This document shows positions 17,843 to 23,795 of a stretch of 23,795 bases of DNA, one piece after another (within the stretch, counting starts at the first letter, position 1; each line of letters begins with the position of its first letter). The stretch comes from Chlamydiia bacterium (GTDB taxonomy: Bacteria; Chlamydiota; Chlamydiia; Chlamydiales; Parachlamydiaceae). The stretch covers positions 1 through 23,795 of the forward strand of contig JBBSJT010000024.1 of NCBI GenBank assembly GCA_038257035.1. The letters run 5' to 3'. The notes below the pieces were generated by a model. That model made no database searches. It was given only the letters and a program-made list of their open reading frames with translations, and was not told the DNA's origin. The translations under genes were made by a program, and so were the position numbers.

Positions 17843-18113
17843 TACTGATGCTACTTGAAAGTAAAAAGTTTCAGATTTTTTCAACGCAGAGGCGCAGAGA
17901 CGCAGAGACGCAGAGAAGCGCGCTAAAGCGCGAAAAGAATAAGAAAAGTTAATCGTTTTTCGTGGCTTAGAAAAGAATTTAATTTGTTGTTTTTCGCGCT
18001 TTAGCGCGCTTCTCTGCGCCTCTGCGTTGAAAAAATCATATACTTTTAAATAAGTTTCTTAACAGCATACTCTTAATTTTTTTTAAATTTTTCACTCAGA
18101 AGTAGAACCAGTA
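17843..18113. mobile_element. TA-flanked MITE-like shell (~30-bp TIRs) carrying a CGCAGAG-family hairpin
   Basis: TA|TACTGATGCTACTTGAAAGTAAAAAGTTT ... AAATTTTTCACTCAGAAGTAGAACCAGTA|TA. Confidence 0.75.
17874..18037. repeat. Long palindrome (CGCAGAG-module family)
   Basis: GATTTTTTCAA(CGCAGAG unit x4)AAGCGCGCTAAAGCGCGAAAA ... TTTTCGCGCTTTAGCGCGCTT(CTCTGCG unit x2)TTGAAAAAATC. Confidence 0.92.
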
Positions 18114-18117
18114 TATA

Positions 18118-18255
18118 TACTTTCTACTCTCAAATGAAAAAGAAATTAGACCTCTACAATCTATAACAACTTGCATATCCTGAAAAATTTAAGGTGCTAA
18201 ATTAATAGATTTATTAGTATTGCAAGTTTTAGTTTTAAAAACTGTAGAAAAATAT
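18118..18255. mobile_element. Degenerate copy of the 8316-8604 element lacking most of the hairpin
   Basis: ATTAGACCTCTACAATCTATAAC resembles 8341-8364, TGCATATCCTG equals 8522-8532, and ATTGCAAGTTTT resembles 8572-8583. Confidence 0.55.
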
Positions 18256-18325
18256 TGGTGAATGTCTTGTGCAAAAGCTGAAAATTTATTATAAATAATC
18301 AAATTTAAAAAACTTTAGGGATTTG

Positions 18326-19237
18326 ATGTTTTCAATAAATCACGATTTAAATACTTGGCCACTAGAAATTATTGATAATATTATTAAGCAAGCCCCTCTT
18401 TATGAACAAGGTTCTGTTATTTCTCGTATCTCTAAAAAATTTGAACATGCCAATACAGCATACAGAGAGGGCGCGCAAAATATTTTCCTGGAAATAAAAA
18501 AAAACTATCCTGGTTTTCAAACAAAATTCACAACTGAGCAAAGAATCCAATTATTTAGCTCAATCGGCAAAAACAATTTATTAAACGAATTACACAACTT
18601 GGAAAATAATTTCTTATCAGATTTTTTTCATATCAATTGGAATTCAGATGATTCTGAAAATCTAAAAATAAACAACCATTTTGGAAATCTCCGCATAAAA
18701 TGTTTTTTTTCAACTCAAATGTCATCTTATGATGTATGCTCGTATGGTGGATATTTTCTTTACACTGGCAGTGGCTTTGAGCCAAAAATATCTTATACTT
18801 CCCACGTCAAATTTACTCAGCGAAAAATAGGTTTTAACTCTTGGCTGCCGGTATCTAATACTGTTAAAAGCCATATAGTCAATACTGCATTTAATGTTGA
18901 TCTTCAGCAAGCTATCAACATGATCGCAAAAGAAAACATTAAATATCTCTCACATATTAAGACGCTAGATGATGTTTTAGATGGTATTTCTTTTTTTTGT
19001 GATTCTAAAGGTAGATTCACCCCGTTAAAAGATTCCTCTACCCTTTATAATTTTTATTTAATGGTTGAAAAGGAATATATACATCCTTTTTTAAGATGGA
19101 CAACAGATAAATATAAACGTACAAACTATTCCCCATCCCTTCAAGAAGCTCTAAGAAATAGCGCCCTTTCTAAAACAACCGAATTGCTTGCGAAACAGCT
19201 TAAAATCTATAATTTGTACAACAACAATAAAAGTTAA
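18326..19237 (+). CDS. Hypothetical protein with an N-terminal F-box-like motif (candidate effector)
   Basis: DLNTWPLEIIDNIIKQAPLYEQGSVISRISKKF fits L..(L/W)P.EI...I.....+..VSK.(F/W). Very AT-rich. Confidence 0.6.
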   Translation: MFSINHDLNTWPLEIIDNIIKQAPLYEQGSVISRISKKFEHANTAYREGAQNIFLEIKKNYPGFQTKFTTEQRIQLFSSIGKNNLLNELHNLENNFLSDFFHINWNSDDSENLKINNHFGNLRIKCFFSTQMSSYDVCSYGGYFLYTGSGFEPKISYTSHVKFTQRKIGFNSWLPVSNTVKSHIVNTAFNVDLQQAINMIAKENIKYLSHIKTLDDVLDGISFFCDSKGRFTPLKDSSTLYNFYLMVEKEYIHPFLRWTTDKYKRTNYSPSLQEALRNSALSKTTELLAKQLKIYNLYNNNKS

Positions 19238-19357
19238 CTACTCTAGATTCACAAAAAATAAATATAATAAGAGTAAAATATGACTCCTAGAGATTATGTA
19301 ATTTCTATGTAATAGAGAAAAAACCGGTACAAAAACTATTTCAACATAATTTATAGA

Positions 19358-19912
19358 TCAGGGCCAAGTTCTTTCAACCAGAAAAAGAAACCCTAATAAA
19401 AAAAGGCACAAAATCAAAACCACTGCGCCATATGGGACTTTTAAAAGATCGGCAATTGTGATTTTCCCTAAATCCCCCCACTTTGCGATCGTTTTTTTAA
19501 TTTCGCCTGACAGTTCAGCAAACACATATGAGCCAACTAATAGCCCCCCTACTCCAAAGAGGGCATCCCAATTTCCTTGACCAATAGCTGCAGCGCCCGT
19601 ACCTGGGCAGTAACCAAGCAGAGCAAAGCCTACACCAAAAATGAGGCCACCTATTATGTTGGAACCAAGTCGAGTTGGTTGTAAATGAAGATTAATAAGT
19701 GCTAATTTATTAAGAAAGTAGACCCCTACCATTCCGACAAGGATTGCCGACATCATTACTTTAATCACTGTAAAATCTTGTAAGAGTAATTGTCCGATCA
19801 GAATATGGTATTTGGCAACTCCTCCTTTTTGCAATAAAAAACCAAATATAAATCCAAAAATTATGGCTTGAATTAATTTTTGACTCTGCGGCTTTTCTTT
19901 TGTATTAATCAT
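19358..19912 (-). CDS. YeeE/YedE-family sulfur-compound transporter subunit
   Basis: GFIFGFLLQKGGV and IIGGLIFGVGFALLGYCPGT. ATG 19912 has an AAGGA RBS. Confidence 0.88.
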   Translation of the reverse strand: MINTKEKPQSQKLIQAIIFGFIFGFLLQKGGVAKYHILIGQLLLQDFTVIKVMMSAILVGMVGVYFLNKLALINLHLQPTRLGSNIIGGLIFGVGFALLGYCPGTGAAAIGQGNWDALFGVGGLLVGSYVFAELSGEIKKTIAKWGDLGKITIADLLKVPYGAVVLILCLFLLGFLFLVERTWP

Positions 19913-19922
19913 ATTCGTTTCC

Positions 19923-20513
19923 TTATAACCTAAAAAGTACATTTGCAACAATTACTCCACTCACAAAAAAGCATATGACTGCAATCCATGAAGCCACGTT
20001 CAATTGCATTGTTCCGCTTATTCCATGCCCACTTGTGCATCCGCCGGCAAGTCTTGCACCAAATGCCATCAATAACCCACCCACAAAACTAAAAGCGACT
20101 CGTAGCCACAGACTGTGTATACCAAATTGATCTTTCCACATTTGCGGAAGCCATATTCCATTAAATTCGCCACCTGTCCATGCAGCAACGAATGCTCCGA
20201 AGACTATTCCCAGGACAAAAATAAATCCCCAATTTACTCGAGGAGGATTGTCTTTGTAATATTGAAGGGATTTTGTATGCTTTTCTGCAATTAAATTTCC
20301 AAACATTCCTGCAAGTGTAGCATAAAATGAAGAAGCTCCAACAGGTTTGTCTGAAAAATATAAAGTCATGCAAGTAAGTATTCCAATTAATGCACCCACC
20401 ACGTAGGGCGACCAGGCGGCTTGATCGTAGTTAGCAGCATTTACCACTTCTTCAGCCCCGTAGGCATTCATTGAAAAAAACGTAAAGAGTAACACCCAAA
20501 ATATTGATTTCAT
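19923..20513 (-). CDS. YeeE/YedE-family sulfur-compound transporter subunit with an N-terminal signal-like peptide
   Basis: WSPYVVGALIG, PVGAS and FGARLAGGCTSGHGISG. Start moved to MKSIFW at 20513. Confidence 0.88.
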   Translation of the reverse strand: MKSIFWVLLFTFFSMNAYGAEEVVNAANYDQAAWSPYVVGALIGILTCMTLYFSDKPVGASSFYATLAGMFGNLIAEKHTKSLQYYKDNPPRVNWGFIFVLGIVFGAFVAAWTGGEFNGIWLPQMWKDQFGIHSLWLRVAFSFVGGLLMAFGARLAGGCTSGHGISGTMQLNVASWIAVICFFVSGVIVANVLFRL

Positions 20514-20978
20514 TTTTGTCCCTGTTTTTGTTTCGATTCTTCTTTTTCTATGGGGGGTTAGCATTTTTCCATACAGCGAAACACCGGTAAAGGATTTAGG
20601 ACCTGGCATGACTAAGAAGGATCTTTCACTGATCCCTGTTATTGATTAAACCTATCCTTTTATCGAACACAGCTCTCAATCATCATCCCGAACTTAGGTT
20701 CTGGTACACCATCCGTCAAAATTTGTTCAATACTAACGCATTAGTTCCTTACTAGAACCCTTGCCTCACAAATGGAAAAATGTCATATAATAAATATTTG
20801 GTCAACCAAATCAAAAGTATTGCATTATAGAAAACATTCAAATTACTAATACTAAAGAGCATTAATAGGAAGAAATGAAATTAGTAGACATAAATAAAAC
20901 AGAACGTATATATAAATATTTGCATTGTTATCTATATACAAAGCCATTTTTAGATCTTTATCTTTAACACATGAGGAA

Positions 20979-22190
20979 ATGATGGGTAAAACATTTTTAG
21001 CTCTACTGATAGCGCCTGCTATTTTATTTACTTGGGATCATGCATCTGCAAACGAAACTCAAGAATTCATTGCTCAATCGGGTGAAAGCAAACAAGGAAA
21101 CAGATCACGTGAGGGCAATAGCGATTCAAGAGGATCCCGTGGGGGCAATAACGATTCAAGAGGGTTCCGTGAACAACAATCCAGAGGACCGGACCAAGGA
21201 TCACAGGGACAGCAGCCCCAAATGCAGCAAGTTCGCACACAGGAATTGCAGGAAAGAAACTCAACTGAAATTGATCGGAATCGAAATCAAAATCAACAAA
21301 GAGTTATCGAACAAAAGAATGACTTAAATCAAATTCAGGATTTGAATCGAAATCAAATAAGAAATGTCGAGCAAAGGAAAGACTTTAACGATCAAAAACG
21401 GGGTTGGGAATCAGAGAGAAGGGATTCAGTAAAGACTCCCGATGTATATAGAGATGGAGACAAAGACCGAGCAGGTTACAGAAAAGAGAGAATTTCCAAA
21501 GAACGTTTAAAGGAAAGGGAGAGTCGCTGGCAGTCGAAAAGCCAAGAATGGCGTAAACATTTTTCTAATTACAGATCGCGCGATCATATCTTTGATGATC
21601 ATTTTTGGAATCATTTCCGAAGAAGAAGCAATAACTGGTATTTCGATAACAATTTTCAATGGTATTCAGGCGCGACTTGGCCGCGCATCGTTGTGTGGCT
21701 TCCTTGGGCTTGGAGTCGACCGATTTATTATTATTATGAAACGGATGGTGACGTATACTACAGCACAACTGAAGACTTTTCTTACCTCATACCTGTGGAT
21801 TCCAAAGAACTATTCATTGAACAGGCTATAAGGATTGCAAATGCACGATATCCTATTTCCAAACAGCAGTCCGATTGGATGCCGCTCGGAATGTTCGCAT
21901 TTGCATTAGAGAATGATTCTTCAGATACTCCAAAAAGGTATATATCACTTGCTATCAGCAAAGAGGGCGCAGTATCGGGCGCATATTTTGATACTGCAAA
22001 CAATACAATGCTCGAAATTCATGGGGGAATTGATCCTGAATCACAACGCATTGCATGGAAACTTGGAGGAAACGATTGGCCGATCATGGAAACGGGTCTT
22101 TTCAACCTTACAAAAGATGAATCCACTCTATTAATTCATACTTCTGGTCATACAACTGAAACTCAAGTGCTTATCAGGCTTGATAAATAA
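20979..22190 (+). CDS. Exported protein with an R/Q-rich low-complexity region and a conserved-looking C-terminal beta domain
   Basis: GAGGA RBS, signal peptide ending ASA, and a 30-bp duplication at 21111-21170. The C-terminal WMPLGMFA...LAISKEG..SG.Y...METGLFNLT resembles Planctomycetes 'protocadherin-like' surface proteins (from recollection). Confidence 0.75.
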   Translation: MMGKTFLALLIAPAILFTWDHASANETQEFIAQSGESKQGNRSREGNSDSRGSRGGNNDSRGFREQQSRGPDQGSQGQQPQMQQVRTQELQERNSTEIDRNRNQNQQRVIEQKNDLNQIQDLNRNQIRNVEQRKDFNDQKRGWESERRDSVKTPDVYRDGDKDRAGYRKERISKERLKERESRWQSKSQEWRKHFSNYRSRDHIFDDHFWNHFRRRSNNWYFDNNFQWYSGATWPRIVVWLPWAWSRPIYYYYETDGDVYYSTTEDFSYLIPVDSKELFIEQAIRIANARYPISKQQSDWMPLGMFAFALENDSSDTPKRYISLAISKEGAVSGAYFDTANNTMLEIHGGIDPESQRIAWKLGGNDWPIMETGLFNLTKDESTLLIHTSGHTTETQVLIRLDK

Positions 22191-22198
22191 GCTTAATT

Positions 22199-22221
22199 CG
22201 GTCGGGGCCTCGCCCCGGCTG
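22199..22221 (+). terminator. GC-rich stem-loop after the exported-protein gene
   Basis: CGGTCGGGGC-CTC-GCCCCGGCTG. No clear U-tract. Confidence 0.4.
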
Positions 22222-22351
22222 TATAGGAATAATCATTGATCTTCAAAGGGCTAATTAAAAAAAAGATTATCAAATAGGAAAAATTCTCTTTGTTTAAATG
22301 GTTTCATGTGCTACATAAAACGATAATTTAATAAAGAAACCAAGGTCTCCT

Positions 22352-23680
22352 ATGACGCAAATAGCTGACACCTATCTTTCACCGAAAAAATCTAAGATAT
22401 CGGTGGATATGAATTATGTCACCACAATAATTCTTGCAGGAGGCAATGGTAAGCGGCTTGAGCCACTTACAAATACTCGCTGTAAACCGGCGGTTTGCTT
22501 TGGAGGCAAATACCGCTTGATCGATATACCTATATCTAATGCCATCCATTCCGGTTGTTCTAAAATTTTCGTTATTTCCCAATATCTTTCATCTTCACTA
22601 AATCAACACATCTTTAATACGTATCATCCGGGTGCATTTTCTTCTGCTGCAATCGAGCTTATATCGGCAGAACAAAGGCATTCACAAAAATCATGGTACG
22701 AGGGAACGTCATGCGCTGTTCGACAAAACCTGCATTACTTCACTGAGACTCATGCTGAGTATTTTCTTATTTTGTCTGGAGACCAGATATATAGCATGAA
22801 TTACCAAAATATTATCAATTTTGCAAAAGAGACAAATGCTGATCTCGTTATTGCAGCTTTACCTGTGAAAGAAGAAGATGCAAAGCGTATGGGGATCATG
22901 AAGGTAAATCCAGATTACTCCGTTACAGAATTTCACGAGAAACCTCAAGAAAAAGAACATTTAAATGAGTTGCGCCTCCCCACATCCCTATTAGAACAGA
23001 TGGTAGGTGGTGAGATTGGAAATCGCCAATTTCTTGGTTCAATGGGAATTTATGTATTCAAACGACAAGCTCTATTAGATTTATTGCAATTTGATCCAAG
23101 AGAAGATTTTGGTAAACATCTGATTCCAACTAAAGTAAGCCAGGGAAATGTTGTAGCTTATCCCCACAATGGCTATTGGGAAGATATCGGAACTATTGAA
23201 TCATTTTTTAAAGCCAACATTGCATTGACGGCATCAAAACCTGATTTCAATTATTGTGAAGAGAAAAAACATATTTTTTTCAGACAGCATTACTTATCAG
23301 CTCCCAAAATCCTTAACTCAACAATTATGAATTCCATTATCTGCGAAGGATCAATTTTAGAAGCTGCAGAGGTTACAAATAGCATCATTGGCTTGCGGTC
23401 TATCGTTAAACAAGGCTCCATCATTAGGAACAGCTATGTAATAGGTAATAATGTCTGTACATCCCCTATTCAAAAAGACCATCCTTCAAATGCACCTTTA
23501 ATTGGAGAAAATTGCATTATTGACCATGCTATCATCGATAAAAATGTGCATATAGGAAGGAATGTTCAACTTATTAATAAAGATAAATTAAGGAACTATA
23601 ATAGCGATAAAGTTTGTATTCGTGATGGGATTATTGTTGTGCCGCGTGGGACTCATCTACCCGATGGATTTATTTTGTAA
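22352..23680 (+). CDS. glgC: Glucose-1-phosphate adenylyltransferase
   Basis: IILAGGNGKRLEPLT..RCKPAVCFGGKYRLIDIPISN, ILSGDQ, FHEKP, SMGIYVF, DFGKHLIP, YWEDIGT and IRDGIIVV. Confidence 0.97.
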   Translation: MTQIADTYLSPKKSKISVDMNYVTTIILAGGNGKRLEPLTNTRCKPAVCFGGKYRLIDIPISNAIHSGCSKIFVISQYLSSSLNQHIFNTYHPGAFSSAAIELISAEQRHSQKSWYEGTSCAVRQNLHYFTETHAEYFLILSGDQIYSMNYQNIINFAKETNADLVIAALPVKEEDAKRMGIMKVNPDYSVTEFHEKPQEKEHLNELRLPTSLLEQMVGGEIGNRQFLGSMGIYVFKRQALLDLLQFDPREDFGKHLIPTKVSQGNVVAYPHNGYWEDIGTIESFFKANIALTASKPDFNYCEEKKHIFFRQHYLSAPKILNSTIMNSIICEGSILEAAEVTNSIIGLRSIVKQGSIIRNSYVIGNNVCTSPIQKDHPSNAPLIGENCIIDHAIIDKNVHIGRNVQLINKDKLRNYNSDKVCIRDGIIVVPRGTHLPDGFIL

Positions 23681-23795
23681 GAATGATCAGATCCGCATTT
23701 GTAAAATAAAATAAAAAAATTTACAAGGTAATCTGTTGGTATCACGAAAAACGCATAAACTCATGATAAATTGAAAGCAAAAACTCATCAATTGA

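Noticed and set aside
1..18255. Palindromic repeats as a CRISPR array or integron attC sites
   Set aside because: No regularly spaced direct repeats with unique spacers, no cas or intI gene, no RYYYAAC/GTTRRRY boundaries, and the flanking genes are mostly housekeeping.
20701..20725. CTGGTACACCATCCGTCAAA resembling the end of the 1467-1630 element
   Set aside because: Only about a 12-nt match and no partner end found.
6273..22582. Other short ORFs (60-95 aa) overlapping well-supported genes
   Set aside because: Antisense or alternate-frame ORFs with no motifs.
23736..23770. ATCACGAAAAACGCATAAA as another modular half-palindrome
   Set aside because: Degenerate, and any partner arm would be outside the window.

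Overview
AT-rich bacterial chromosomal window, most likely from an environmental chlamydia (Chlamydiota, Parachlamydiales-like). This is inferred from the plant/chlamydial-type FabI and GlgC, a CT260/Mcsc-like T3S chaperone next to dnaQ, cdaA-ybbR and an F-box-like protein. The housekeeping core comprises fabI, folB plus a FolM-like SDR, a FliO-like protein, csrA-chaperone-dnaQ, folP-cdaA-ybbR-rsmE, a split YeeE/YedE transporter and glgC. Accessory genes include a secreted collagen/beta-roll/S74-chaperone fibre protein with a decayed partial paralog, a membrane-anchored kinase-like protein, an internally duplicated Inc-like protein and an F-box-like protein. The most striking signal is non-coding. 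Many large intergenic spaces hold long palindromes of 130-290 bp. Five are built from short GC-rich modules (CAGGAT, CGCAAAG, CGCAGAG, CGCGAAG), and the arms of two homologous copies co-vary. Two different hairpins sit inside the same TA-flanked ~30-bp TIR shell. Two further unrelated palindromic MITEs have CTAG or TTTA flanks. No intact transposase is present, only a possible IS4-like remnant. No rRNA, tRNA or CRISPR array was recognised.
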